Shown in pieces: positions 53,324 through 64,000 of a DNA stretch of 64,000 nucleotides. Made by a program: the position numbers and the translations under genes. The notes under the pieces are model-generated. The model saw only the letters and a program-made list of their open reading frames with translations. It did not search any database and was not told where the DNA came from. Positions within the stretch are counted from its first letter, which is position 1, and every line of letters starts with the position of its first letter. Source of the stretch: a virus; the IMG/VR virus record IMGVR_UViG_3300044972_002389, positions 102,892 to 166,891 of that record. One strand, written 5' to 3'.

Positions 53324-53908
53324 TTAGGCTGTTTGAATACGGATAGTATAAACCACTTCAATTTCGCGATTCAAAGATTTTTGAACTGGTGAAAATACTA
53401 CATGGCTTATCAACAATCCTGTATCTGCAACTGCTTTTTTGGTTTTCAAGCCCAACTCATTGAACACGTAAGGACTTGACACATCTGTTGCTGTATCAAA
53501 TGCATCTTGGCCAGCTGGTTCACCCAAGCCCAAAACACATGTGATTTTCACATCAGTATATACTGTACCAGGTCTGTGAATAACTTTGATAAAGTTACGA
53601 GTGGGGTCACTGTTGTCTGGACTGAGATCATTTACAACTTTGTAATATGTTTCGTTGTATAGTTGTGCATCAAGGCCCTGTACATTGGGTGGGAGATAAA
53701 TTACTGTTCCTACACCAGAAACAACAGCAGCACCATTGCCGAACACCATTTCTTGAATATAACCTTCGGGGCGATAAGCCAACCCTTGTGCCAATGCAAT
53801 GCTGAAATTCTCAAAATTGATGGCATTGTATTTGTCTACCAAAACTTCCTTGGTATGAAAGTCGCGGATCAAAACGTGTCCTGTAATATTATTCAAGGGA
53901 GTTTCCAT
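53324..53908 (-). CDS. hypothetical virion/fibre-associated protein (194 aa)
   Basis: Co-oriented, between two fibre-like genes. Confidence 0.45.
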   Translation of the reverse strand: METPLNNITGHVLIRDFHTKEVLVDKYNAINFENFSIALAQGLAYRPEGYIQEMVFGNGAAVVSGVGTVIYLPPNVQGLDAQLYNETYYKVVNDLSPDNSDPTRNFIKVIHRPGTVYTDVKITCVLGLGEPAGQDAFDTATDVSSPYVFNELGLKTKKAVADTGLLISHVVFSPVQKSLNREIEVVYTIRIQTA

Positions 53909-54047
53909 TTTTAGGAGAGCCTTTTGTCTAGGATTATTTTGTTTGAGTTTAAATCTTTTATCAGTAGATGACTGCTTACTACTAATTTTTGACAGTCATC
54001 TACTTTTGTATCAACTATTTTTTCTGTCTGCTGTTCCATGGCTATAT

Positions 54048-57000
54048 TTATGCTGGTATCGACCCAGGTTGTGACAACAAAAATTGAGCTTGGTAAGTGC
54101 TGCTATATTGTAGCCCTAGTCCACCATAAGGCCACTGATACCCACCTGGGATAACTTGCCGCACACTACCATCTCGCACTACGCTGGTAGTTGGGTGAGA
54201 CATAGCTGTTGTTTTCCAGTCTTGTTTGAAGATTATAAGTCCAATATTTTTATTGCCTGCAGGAGGTGGTTCAAAAATTGGAGCCAATGTCTGAGAGGGG
54301 AATTGCAGATAAAATCCAGGGGCTGCATTTGAGGGGTTGCTTACTAGCATCCAATCGTTTTGGAGCTTGCCATCCACAATAACATACGCATTTACCATTC
54401 CTGCTTGCCATTCTCCTGCGTTTGTAATAGTTACAGGATACAAATCACTGTTGCCTGTGCTACTCCAATACTGTGCCACAAATTTATCACTAATGCCGCC
54501 AGGTGTTCCCAGTGTGCCACGATTGATTTTTCTCAAAACAGCTTGGTTAGGAAATGCAGTTGAGGCCGCAGGAGCTTTGTCAAAATATTCAATTCTTTCA
54601 CCCTCAATCCAAATAACCCCAGGTCGTTTGTCATCAGGTTCAAGAAGAGTGTCGCCATTTGCTACAAAAATTTCCTGATCATTCCAGTTCAACACCTGAG
54701 TAAGAACGGTCCTGTCCTGATTCCCAAGGCGTAGGTATTGTGTGTCGTTATACACATTTGTCACAGCACGGAATGCAACACCATCTTTGCTGGGCAACGC
54801 TGTGGGATAATAGGCTTGAATCTCATCAGCTGCTGTCAAAGTGTAATGATTTCCTAACTTTAGGTACCAACTGTTTCCGGTTTTGACTATGGTATAGTCT
54901 AAAATCCAGCTTAAGCTACTGCCGTTGAGCCATACTTGCACACTTTGGAACTCCAACGGAGTATTGGTGAATAGGTATTGGTTGCTGGAATCACCTGTCC
55001 AGACATCGTTATAAAAGGCACTTGCGCTGTCTTCACCCCAAGTTCTTACAACAATAGTATCGCCGTCAACCACCGCCCAACTTGCCAAAAGTAGGTTTGT
55101 TCCTTGGATTTGATAATCATAGTTTTGGGCGACTGGATCAGCCACTTCAATGTAAATGAAACTTTTATCTGATGGCGCTGTAGTGAATATTATTTGATTT
55201 CCAGCCAATGTATATTCTGTGTTAGGCAATACTGAGGCATTTAACCAAACTTGAATAAATGACCCAGGATCTGGGAAAATAGCCAAATTATATGCTGTTG
55301 TGTTGTTGTCACCAATTGCACTCAAAAGGTAGGGTGGCTTCAATCGCTTGCCGTTACTGTAGACCAGTGCATTGTTACTTTGTGCAGGATTGAATCCGCT
55401 CAAGGGATTATTTGGTGTATTCAAATTCAGCGGATACGTGAGCAATGGCAAGGTTACTACCAAACTCTGTAATTTTTGTAGACTTTGATATTGACTGCTG
55501 TATACCAAAATTACAATAGTGTCGCCAGGCAAAGGTGTAAATCCCAGTCCAATTTGACGATTGTCGGCAGGGTTTACACCAAAACTCACTGTAGGCACTC
55601 CATTCCAAGTCATCAGAATAGTGTTAGCGCCTATGGGTTGATCCATTGTGATCACAAAACTTGTGATGTCAAAAACAACAGTTTTAGTTTCTTGAATATG
55701 GCTGGAATAGTTAGCAATGCTGAACCCTGTGCCAGTACCAGGTGCTCCACCACTTATGGTTACACCCACTTGTTGGAGGCCAACATTCTTATTCAAATAA
55801 CTACCACGAGTCAACGGCAAGATGCTGGCTACTCCCCATTGTGGAGTAATCAACCCTCCTATACCTGTTCCATTTGTATACCATTCATTTTGACTTATGC
55901 TGGGCTGAGTATAATAGCCTTGATTTACAATACTCACAGCAGTAATTTGTCCAGCTACACCACCAAAAGCAGTAGTGCTGTCAACCTTGATTACCAAAGT
56001 TTGCGTTCCGCTCCCGTATTTGAAATACAAGAGATCTCCTACCTTGTAGCCAGATCCTGGCTGATTTACATTTACAGCAGTTGCACGTATTGCAGTGACT
56101 AACACTGTTGTAGATGTGTAGCTCTGTGATGTATCACTTAACACGATAGTATCGTTCAAGTTGTAATCAATTCCTTGATTTACTATGCTCCAATTTCCGA
56201 GACCAGGGGTTGCTCCACCAAAACCAAAGCTGGTAATTACAACTGATCCCACTGGCGGGAAAACAAAAACAATGCTATTGCTGCTGGGATCATATACATA
56301 ATCAGAGGTTGGTCCTAGAGTTTTCAAAATTCCGCCTACACTGACAATAATGTCAGCAGCACTGAACACTGGTTGGCCAATATAAAATCTATCAGTAATG
56401 CTGTCGCCAAGCCAACTTTCAGACAACACATTCCCAAAGCCCACTGTGGGTTGATTGGCAACATCTATTATCAAGGTTTCTTTTCCTTGAAGCGGGAACA
56501 ACTCTTCAGGATGATTGCCTTCCACATGTGGTCGACTCAACCCCTGTCCATCATATACAGCATCAAGCGTGCCTCCTAGGGCACTTTCAAATGTGCTGCC
56601 TGCTTCTGCTACCCAAATGTTGGGTTTGGCTACAGCACTAAGTGGCGCCAGTGCAAATTCAAGACTTGTGCCGCCCCAACGTAGGACAAAGGTGGCATTT
56701 ACGCCTGAACCGCCAGAGGCTTGCACTGCTGTTCCACTGGGAGTCAGTGTGTATGCCCCTGGAAAGACCACCTCAATTTTCAAAATTGCACCTGTCAAAC
56801 TTGTGTTGACTACTTTCAGCTGAGCAGGAATAGTATAAGTGCCTCCAGATACAGAGAGTATATCATTTACACTATATCCTAATCCTTGATTAGCAACATC
56901 CACAGCAGTTATCCAGTTTTTGACTGTCCAATTGAGAGGAGTGTTTTGAAGATTACCATTTACCCAAACACGCAAGTCATTTGGAGCTTGTGGGGCCTGA

Positions 57001-60000
57001 GGCAGGGCAAACTTTGTTTGCAGCCCGTCCCCTTTGAATACCCAATATTGTGGCCTTGCTCCACCATTTATGTATTGATCAAATAACCGATCAACTTCTT
57101 GGCTAGTGTTGTCCCAGCCCAATACGCCATCCCACACTGGCTCGCCCCAACGACCATTTAGATTGAAATCCAAACCATCCAACACTGTTCCTTTGGGAGC
57201 ACATCCACTGATCAGTAAGGGATCATTTGGAGGAGGCATGCTAGGAGTGGGCTGATACAACTGTTGAATTCTGTCTGCTGCTCCGTTATCCAGTTGATAT
57301 CCAACCAATTCAAATATGCCTTGATTGAACACAAACAAACTCCAAAGCCCAATGTTGTCGTAAATTACTTTGATTATTTCTCCATTAGGCAAGTTTGTCA
57401 GAGCTTTCATTTCTTCGATAGTGTCAATAAACCTATTTGGCACAGTATTCTCGCTGTATCCAGGACTGTAATAGTCTTCTGCGGGCACACACGCCAGTCG
57501 GTCCAACACAATTTTTGTCCTTGTGCTGCGTACACTGAGGTTTGCTATATCAAATACAGTCACAGTAACAATATCTCCAACACCTGGTGTGAAGTTGAGT
57601 TCAACGAGAGTGCTGTCGTCTAAATTTATCTCATAATCATTAGTTAATAAGTTGTTCCATCGAACTTGTGTAAATTGCCAAGTTATGGGATTTGTCATGC
57701 TTACTATTTGAGAAATGCCGTCACCAATAAATGTCTTACGCTCAAGATAGCTAGATGCGTATACATACGCCTGCACAACATCGTTAGTGTTAGGCACAAA
57801 GACCAAATCAATTATTGAGTTGTCTCCAGGACGCAAATTCCAAGCTTGAGAAAGCTTGCTATTCCAGTATACCAAAACATTTTCAGGTTTGGTGCTAGTG
57901 CTTAGTTGAAGAGATTTGGTTGATCCGTTACCAGTTAAGGTCACTGTTTCAATCAATGCACCACTGCTGGCTTTGTAGTTGTCGTACCACGGCTTGTATA
58001 TGGTATCTCCGGACAAAATCGCAAGATCAACTGGGTTACTGACATTCAAGATTGAAACATTATTGTTCAGGTCAATATAGGGAGGGTTATCCAAATCGCT
58101 GCTGTTGCTTTCCCAATAGTCCGAGACCACTCTGTAATCCACAAATTGGCGTATGACAACGTGGTAGGGTTTAACCTCTTGAATATATTTTTCCAAGCTG
58201 TCTATTTTACTTGGGTCATAATAGGCTGAACTCAAGAGTTGTTGGCTGAAACCTTTCAAATTGATAAAGCTTGTTTTGAAACACCAATCTACGAAATTTT
58301 GTTCAGCCAGCACATGGCTCACTAGCTCAAAAAATACCATGTTACGTTCATTTACATCACTGTCAACTTTCAAAAGTCCCACAGCTTTGTTGTTTTCAGG
58401 CCACAATCCCTGCAAAATATAGCTCAATTCTAGGCGTGTATCATACTCCCAACCTTGATAATCAACTGCATAACTTCCTCCACTGAAGCCCATGCTGTAC
58501 TTTTCGTAGTCATAGAGATTGTCACTGAGTTGTAGATTGCCGTTTTGTACACCTACTACGGTCCATAAGGTTTCAGAATCAGGCGTGTATTCAAAAAGAT
58601 TCCAACGGCCATTGCCTGTATTCAACACTTTGACCAAAGTTCCAGAGTCAACCACAAGAGTGTCACGGTCAGCCAAAGTGGCAACAGTAGCCCCAATCAG
58701 GGTGTCGGCACTGATGCCGCTGGCATACCAATCTACCAAGTACCAAACTTGGTTAGTGTCCCATGCTTGCATACGCTCTAATGAAAACTGGTTTTGTCCT
58801 TGATAAAGCCAAATGGTCCAGCGGTTGTTGGTGGCAGCACTTACATCTACCAAAACTTTGTTACCAGGTATTAGGCTGGGAATCAAAGCATCTCTTGCCG
58901 CCAAAGTAGCTACGTAATAATCCCAATTGCAGGGCAATATGCCTTTTACTGGCCGTACAATTTGCCACTCTAGGGGATCAATTCCCAATTTCAAAATGTT
59001 CTTGTTGTTTTGAATATAGGTTGTTGGCAATAGCTGTGATGCACCTTCCAAAACCAACACTTGTGCATCTATTAGGTTGTCATCTATGCTGTCAAAATCT
59101 GCAGACCTCATCAAGATCCATGGATTGTTGAGCGAGCCAATGTCCACTACATCATAAATTCCATTTTGATTAGGTGTTTGTGTGACAATAGAGCTGGTAA
59201 GAGTAACTGGATTTTGATTTTTAACAATTATTCGGTCTCCCAAATTTACTGTTATACCATCAACAACCAATGCACTATAAGATGAGCCATTATAGGTTAA
59301 GGTAGCACCCTTGCCATTTTCCCCAGGATAGTAAACAGTGTCTAGAGCAGTTGTGGTTGCCACTCGAGCATTGGCTTTGGTATTTTTTTGGAGAGGCTGT
59401 GGCTCTACGCTCTGAAAATACTGTAACCAGCCAAGCCTGTCAGGGTCATCCAATGGCGGCACACTGCTGCTGCTAAGGAGGCTGTTGATTTTTTTAACAA
59501 AAGCTCTCCTAGCAGTAATACCATCCTTGAACCAACTTTGTGAAGGTCGTGTCAGCATGCCATACTTGCTCATTTCAGGCAGTCGCAAATTGGGAACACT
59601 GTTGCCTACGTTGTTGAATTCCACAAGACTATCACACATTTTGCTCCACAAATCTAGTGTAGGTGTGCTCAAAGGATCGTTGGGTCTCAACAATGTCCAC
59701 TCTTTGTAGATTTTATCTACATTTTCTCTACTTGTATAATTCACTTGCCAGACAGTGTTGTTTTCATCCAAGAAACTGCCAATGTTTGCTAACAATGCGC
59801 CTGTGCTGCTGATTGCGGCCCACCAGCTTTGGTTTTGTGTTTGTGGACTTTCAACAATTTGACTCAAAGATGCAACACTTATCTTGCGATCTGGCACGTT
59901 GGGCACTGTGGTTTTGTTTTTTACCCAAAAGTAATAGGCATTTGTGTATTGGCCGCTTTCATTACGCTCACTTGCCAACACGTAGGGATAATCAGCACCT

Positions 60001-63000
60001 TTTACTGATCCTGTAGGGGTTTGATCTCCCCCTGTGGCTGCTGAGTTGCCCGCTGTAACAGCGCCTGCCCAAGATGAAGGAGGCACAAGGCTTCGTATCC
60101 ATTCATAAATGTCAATGCTGATTCCTGGAGCAATTTGTCCCCAATGTCTCCGGCGGTAGCTGTCTGTTCCAATTTCATAATCAATAAACCTTGTTGTGCT
60201 TAAATCCCACCAAGTTTGCCCCACTTGGTTTGGGCCCCACGCTGTAGAGGGGTCAACTTGATACAATCTTGAATCTCCAGCATTATAGCTCGCTGGATCC
60301 CAGTGTGTGCGATATGTTACTTCCTCATTTACAAGCCCTGGCAATGCACCTTTGCTGGGGTCCCAAATATTCAAATGAGCTAGTGTTTGTAATGTTGTTT
60401 TGTTATAAAGTGTGCTGGTCAATAATAGGCTGGTGTCAACTTTCTTGTCTTCTCTGCGATATTCAAACCAGACACCATATTTTTGATAGACTTTCCAAGG
60501 TTCATCTTGATTACCATCAACATAGGCAAAATCTCTTTGTGTCCAACCACCAGGAGGGGTTGCGTTATTGAATGCAGCATATGTGGGAAATCTTATACTC
60601 CAGTATTGTAACACTTGTCCATTGGCACCAGTAGCAGAGGTGGTTGCCTGCACATCAAAAGTATTCCTAGTGACATTGAAAACTGAAAAAGTACCATCCA
60701 GTCTACCATTTACCCCTGTAACTCCGCTCAATACAAGGATGTTGCCATTTTGCAGATTGTGAGGCAAGCTGGTTGATATTGTTGTTTGATTCAATGTTAC
60801 AGGAGTAGTTTGTTGAATTTGCCAGGCTGGCCGGCATACTTTGTAAATGTTCCATCCAATAGCAGTGTCAATAAATTGCCAAACTCTGTCATGTGCCTGC
60901 AAGGGAGTATTTTTAGTTTCAAGAGTTTGAGAGAGACTAAACAACTCTGCTTGATCTTTGACATAATAAGTGGCCTCGGAAAATAACACGTATCCGCTGT
61001 TTGGCAAATCCCCTGGGGCTGAACCGTAGTGGCTTCTCAATGAGAAGTTTGGCGTTGCCTCACTTTTATACAAGACTCTACTGTCTTTGGGGGTTATTGT
61101 AATTGTGTCGTCATAAGCCAAATCTTCAATAGAGCCAGAGAAAAACTCAACCAACTGCGGATTACTTCTCACTTCAGTTTGCAGTAGCAGCACGTCAATG
61201 CCGTGAATAAGTTCGTTGCTGCCATAAGTACCCAAACGGAAAGCGTACTCTTCGTAGTAGCTAAAGCTTTCATTGGCATCAACCAGTTGAGTGTTTCGCA
61301 ACAAACTATCAATAGTGCCTTTTGTGCCTTTTTGTTTGATCATGCCTTGATAAAATTGAAACTGTGTGGTTTCATCCACAAGGAGATTGGTCAAATATTC
61401 GCGTTGTTGATAGCCCACTAAGTGAGTAGCCAACATGTTATATCTTTTAGGCAAGGCTTGCGACAGTGCGCTGGTGGCATTTGTATGCATCCCTGTGCTG
61501 TCGCTGTAATTGTAGGGAGTTGGCACATCTATGTTGTATAACTTGCGAATATCGTCAACAGTTTTTTCAAAGTTAGCTAAGATCTGGTTATTGACAATTA
61601 TCCGATCACCAATGGTAGATGTGGTTTGTGTTACTAGATAACCAGGCGCCTCAAGACGGCCTGCCCAGTCCATGCTCTTGTAAGTCTGTATCTTGAATCG
61701 GCTTTGTCTTACGTCAAACAGTGGGTCATACACAATATCGCCAAAAATTGTTTTGTTTTGGAACAGGAGTGCATGTTCAAGGCCAGTAGTGTAGAGTCTA
61801 ATGCCAAAAATGCCTTGATCATTCAAAGGTCTTACTGAAACTTGATCATCAATGCGCAAGAAATCTATATTTTGGACTTGAATTGGTCGTCCGCCACGAT
61901 CTAAAATCGTGTAGCTGCCATTTACTATGCCGCCGATGTTTTGAATAGTTCCAAAACTTGTGACAAATTTTGTTTTGAGTGCCAAAGGACTCAAGGCAAT
62001 GTAATTGCCTGCTGCCCAAGGTCCTTGACTCCAGAACAAGAACTCTCGGCCGCTCAGGCTCCAATCTTGCAATTGGCCAGTGGTGCTGGAATATTCATCA
62101 AAAATCCAACCTTGGCTGACTTGCCAACGCCCCAAGCTTACCAAAAAGTCAAATACATCTTGCTGTGTAGGCAAAATGGTACCATACGGCACTTTTTTAA
62201 CAGATGGCAACCCCAGCTTGTATTCAATAACCTTGATTTTGTCTACAATCACTGTTGTTTTTGGACCAGTAAGGTTACTGGGAATTACATAAAAGTTGGG
62301 ATCATAGCTGTCGTATCCAATGACTCGGTAACCCTCAGATCCTCTATATTCCACAATTACGCCGCTATAGAAGAACTCTTTTAAGCTGGCACTGCGTATG
62401 AGATTGTTGGTCACATCTTCTTGGGGGATCAACAAACTGTCGTTGGAGCTTAGACCAAAGCTGTCAACCAAAAGCTTAACACTTGTGCCATCAATAAATC
62501 CTCCAGCTCTGTATCCTAGAGTTACATCACTGTTGCGGATAACATTACCAAAATATTCTGTGACGGAACGACTGTCATTTATCAAATACTCACTTATCCA
62601 GTGTTGAATGCCGCATGATCCATAATAGCTTAAGTCACTGCTTAAGGTTGTTACATTTTGTGGATCTTCACGATGAACAAAAATGTCACTGTTGCTGATT
62701 CTTTTCCTGTAATCCTTCCAAACCCATTGACTGTTGGTTTGTGTGGCAAAAATCTGTTGGGCCCGTGGGCCGTCCCAGAGGTATTCAATAAATTGCGCTG
62801 GCTTGGCCAGATATCCTATCTGCGCCCAAATTTGGTCACTGTCAACTGCTGTAAGCCAGACATTTTCCAAAGGACCGCGGTCCCCAAATTTCCAATCGGC
62901 CCGGGCTTCAATTTCGCTAGGCAATGTGGTGACTATGCGAGCTGGACCAGGAGGCAACAGTTGCCCAAATTCGTCCACTGGCAAATATTGCATCAACCCA

Positions 63001-64000
63001 GGACGAGCATACGCCGGATCAATTCCCTGTCGTTGTCCTTGGCGTATCCTGCCATCTCTTAAATCATACCACAATTGGGTGTTGCCACTGGTGTAAGGTG
63101 CGGCACCATATTCTGCATTCCACCAAAGTGGTTGCTGACTGAAGCCCAACATTTCCCAAGGGCAAGAGTTGGGGCGATCAGTATCAAAAAAGAGAAAATA
63201 GATACCGCGCCAATGACCAGGCACTGGGTTGTTTTCTTGATCAGTGCAACTGCTGTAATTCCAACTAAAGGGATCATCTATTTTGTAGGTTGTGTTCTTA
63301 AATGCATCCAACTGATTTGTTGTTAACCAACGTTCAAAAACTGGATACAACATTGTTAACTGATCTTTGTAAGAGTAGTTTGTGGTTCTCCACTTGCCAG
63401 AAAATATCGTTTTGATATCAAGCTTTTGCACACTGTCAGGATTTCTGTAGCTGGCTGGCAGAGAGTTGAACAAATTTACTTCCAATTGCATCCAAGCTCT
63501 AGCCACAGGATGCGTCAACAGTTGAGGATCAACGGTGCTTGATTGCTGGTCAGCTATTGTTCCCAAGTCAGCACCGTTAAAATCTTGTAATACAACAACT
63601 GCACCATTGTGGCATCGGAGACTCAAGGGACTGTTGGGCTGGGTGACATCAAAAAATGCTGTTGGCACAAAACTGGGGGTGACTCCCAGCCGGGCTGCGC
63701 TTGCTGGGACAAATGTGGGTGTTATTGACTTTTCACTGCAATATCGGCCAGGAACGCCGTCAAAGCCGCTCATTGCCCAAGGACTGCTAAGTGTTTTGCC
63801 GACATTTATGGATTTCAATGCCTTATCTAGCCATTCACTAATGGGATTGGCCAAAGTCAGGCCTCCACTGTTGAATAAGTTAACTAAACTGTTGATGTAT
63901 TTGTTGTAAAAGCGGAGATATTCTTTTTGTGACCATTGCATAACACCAATGGGATCCAACAATGCATTACTGCTGGTCAAAGCAGATGTTTGTGCTATGC
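54048..64000 (-). CDS. giant virion structural protein (more than 3310 aa), 5' end beyond window
   Basis: Uninterrupted minus-strand frame to the window edge. The ORF-track start at 63980 is a TTG and the frame stays open upstream. No enzymatic motifs recognised. Confidence 0.7.
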   Translation of the reverse strand, partial: IAQTSALTSSNALLDPIGVMQWSQKEYLRFYNKYINSLVNLFNSGGLTLANPISEWLDKALKSINVGKTLSSPWAMSGFDGVPGRYCSEKSITPTFVPASAARLGVTPSFVPTAFFDVTQPNSPLSLRCHNGAVVVLQDFNGADLGTIADQQSSTVDPQLLTHPVARAWMQLEVNLFNSLPASYRNPDSVQKLDIKTIFSGKWRTTNYSYKDQLTMLYPVFERWLTTNQLDAFKNTTYKIDDPFSWNYSSCTDQENNPVPGHWRGIYFLFFDTDRPNSCPWEMLGFSQQPLWWNAEYGAAPYTSGNTQLWYDLRDGRIRQGQRQGIDPAYARPGLMQYLPVDEFGQLLPPGPARIVTTLPSEIEARADWKFGDRGPLENVWLTAVDSDQIWAQIGYLAKPAQFIEYLWDGPRAQQIFATQTNSQWVWKDYRKRISNSDIFVHREDPQNVTTLSSDLSYYGSCGIQHWISEYLINDSRSVTEYFGNVIRNSDVTLGYRAGGFIDGTSVKLLVDSFGLSSNDSLLIPQEDVTNNLIRSASLKEFFYSGVIVEYRGSEGYRVIGYDSYDPNFYVIPSNLTGPKTTVIVDKIKVIEYKLGLPSVKKVPYGTILPTQQDVFDFLVSLGRWQVSQGWIFDEYSSTTGQLQDWSLSGREFLFWSQGPWAAGNYIALSPLALKTKFVTSFGTIQNIGGIVNGSYTILDRGGRPIQVQNIDFLRIDDQVSVRPLNDQGIFGIRLYTTGLEHALLFQNKTIFGDIVYDPLFDVRQSRFKIQTYKSMDWAGRLEAPGYLVTQTTSTIGDRIIVNNQILANFEKTVDDIRKLYNIDVPTPYNYSDSTGMHTNATSALSQALPKRYNMLATHLVGYQQREYLTNLLVDETTQFQFYQGMIKQKGTKGTIDSLLRNTQLVDANESFSYYEEYAFRLGTYGSNELIHGIDVLLLQTEVRSNPQLVEFFSGSIEDLAYDDTITITPKDSRVLYKSEATPNFSLRSHYGSAPGDLPNSGYVLFSEATYYVKDQAELFSLSQTLETKNTPLQAHDRVWQFIDTAIGWNIYKVCRPAWQIQQTTPVTLNQTTISTSLPHNLQNGNILVLSGVTGVNGRLDGTFSVFNVTRNTFDVQATTSATGANGQVLQYWSIRFPTYAAFNNATPPGGWTQRDFAYVDGNQDEPWKVYQKYGVWFEYRREDKKVDTSLLLTSTLYNKTTLQTLAHLNIWDPSKGALPGLVNEEVTYRTHWDPASYNAGDSRLYQVDPSTAWGPNQVGQTWWDLSTTRFIDYEIGTDSYRRRHWGQIAPGISIDIYEWIRSLVPPSSWAGAVTAGNSAATGGDQTPTGSVKGADYPYVLASERNESGQYTNAYYFWVKNKTTVPNVPDRKISVASLSQIVESPQTQNQSWWAAISSTGALLANIGSFLDENNTVWQVNYTSRENVDKIYKEWTLLRPNDPLSTPTLDLWSKMCDSLVEFNNVGNSVPNLRLPEMSKYGMLTRPSQSWFKDGITARRAFVKKINSLLSSSSVPPLDDPDRLGWLQYFQSVEPQPLQKNTKANARVATTTALDTVYYPGENGKGATLTYNGSSYSALVVDGITVNLGDRIIVKNQNPVTLTSSIVTQTPNQNGIYDVVDIGSLNNPWILMRSADFDSIDDNLIDAQVLVLEGASQLLPTTYIQNNKNILKLGIDPLEWQIVRPVKGILPCNWDYYVATLAARDALIPSLIPGNKVLVDVSAATNNRWTIWLYQGQNQFSLERMQAWDTNQVWYLVDWYASGISADTLIGATVATLADRDTLVVDSGTLVKVLNTGNGRWNLFEYTPDSETLWTVVGVQNGNLQLSDNLYDYEKYSMGFSGGSYAVDYQGWEYDTRLELSYILQGLWPENNKAVGLLKVDSDVNERNMVFFELVSHVLAEQNFVDWCFKTSFINLKGFSQQLLSSAYYDPSKIDSLEKYIQEVKPYHVVIRQFVDYRVVSDYWESNSSDLDNPPYIDLNNNVSILNVSNPVDLAILSGDTIYKPWYDNYKASSGALIETVTLTGNGSTKSLQLSTSTKPENVLVYWNSKLSQAWNLRPGDNSIIDLVFVPNTNDVVQAYVYASSYLERKTFIGDGISQIVSMTNPITWQFTQVRWNNLLTNDYEINLDDSTLVELNFTPGVGDIVTVTVFDIANLSVRSTRTKIVLDRLACVPAEDYYSPGYSENTVPNRFIDTIEEMKALTNLPNGEIIKVIYDNIGLWSLFVFNQGIFELVGYQLDNGAADRIQQLYQPTPSMPPPNDPLLISGCAPKGTVLDGLDFNLNGRWGEPVWDGVLGWDNTSQEVDRLFDQYINGGARPQYWVFKGDGLQTKFALPQAPQAPNDLRVWVNGNLQNTPLNWTVKNWITAVDVANQGLGYSVNDILSVSGGTYTIPAQLKVVNTSLTGAILKIEVVFPGAYTLTPSGTAVQASGGSGVNATFVLRWGGTSLEFALAPLSAVAKPNIWVAEAGSTFESALGGTLDAVYDGQGLSRPHVEGNHPEELFPLQGKETLIIDVANQPTVGFGNVLSESWLGDSITDRFYIGQPVFSAADIIVSVGGILKTLGPTSDYVYDPSSNSIVFVFPPVGSVVITSFGFGGATPGLGNWSIVNQGIDYNLNDTIVLSDTSQSYTSTTVLVTAIRATAVNVNQPGSGYKVGDLLYFKYGSGTQTLVIKVDSTTAFGGVAGQITAVSIVNQGYYTQPSISQNEWYTNGTGIGGLITPQWGVASILPLTRGSYLNKNVGLQQVGVTISGGAPGTGTGFSIANYSSHIQETKTVVFDITSFVITMDQPIGANTILMTWNGVPTVSFGVNPADNRQIGLGFTPLPGDTIVILVYSSQYQSLQKLQSLVVTLPLLTYPLNLNTPNNPLSGFNPAQSNNALVYSNGKRLKPPYLLSAIGDNNTTAYNLAIFPDPGSFIQVWLNASVLPNTEYTLAGNQIIFTTAPSDKSFIYIEVADPVAQNYDYQIQGTNLLLASWAVVDGDTIVVRTWGEDSASAFYNDVWTGDSSNQYLFTNTPLEFQSVQVWLNGSSLSWILDYTIVKTGNSWYLKLGNHYTLTAADEIQAYYPTALPSKDGVAFRAVTNVYNDTQYLRLGNQDRTVLTQVLNWNDQEIFVANGDTLLEPDDKRPGVIWIEGERIEYFDKAPAASTAFPNQAVLRKINRGTLGTPGGISDKFVAQYWSSTGNSDLYPVTITNAGEWQAGMVNAYVIVDGKLQNDWMLVSNPSNAAPGFYLQFPSQTLAPIFEPPPAGNKNIGLIIFKQDWKTTAMSHPTTSVVRDGSVRQVIPGGYQWPYGGLGLQYSSTYQAQFLLSQPGSIPA

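Overview
The window reads as a segment of a large tailed dsDNA bacteriophage genome with about 45% GC, apart from a roughly 1.3 kb island of about 70% GC. Two minus-strand structural and glycan modules flank a roughly 41 kb plus-strand accessory block. The left module (1-9783) has three glycosyltransferases and a 2378-aa tail fibre carrying about seven near-identical ~610-bp tandem repeats and a C-terminal intramolecular-chaperone domain. The right module (51488-64000) has a second fibre with the same chaperone domain, a 194-aa protein, and a structural protein of more than 3310 aa that runs off the window edge.

The central block (10-51 kb) has four notable contents:
- A T4-like RNA/tRNA repair repertoire. 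A kinase-phosphatase has a T4 Pnk-type kinase joined to a calcineurin-type phosphoesterase. There are two RNA ligases, one resembling T4 Rnl1 and one an Rnl2-type enzyme with an N-terminal tRNA-binding OB domain. A PTH2-like protein, a DEDDh exonuclease, a nucleotidyltransferase, a Nudix hydrolase and a bL12 C-terminal-domain mimic complete the set.
- Other enzymes and endonucleases: ThyX, an SPFH protein, a classic AAA ATPase, a class II aldolase-fold protein, an HExxH-vWA protein, and three HNH endonucleases, one with NUMOD3 repeats.
- A horizontally acquired high-GC galE island sitting next to a recombination scar.
- At least 25 paralogous small proteins of 60-100 aa in five tandem arrays. 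They are Trp/Cys-rich and end in an acidic-x-x-[FL]-x-L-T-W motif that I could not assign to a known family. Two copies are interrupted at poly-T tracts where a +1 shift restores the family C-terminus.

About fifteen intergenic sites share a sigma70-type early-promoter consensus, GGTTGACA-N16-TGcTATAnT. I found no CRISPR array, tRNA or rRNA gene. Coordinates I derived by hand (promoters, terminators, adjusted starts) may be off by 1-2 nt.
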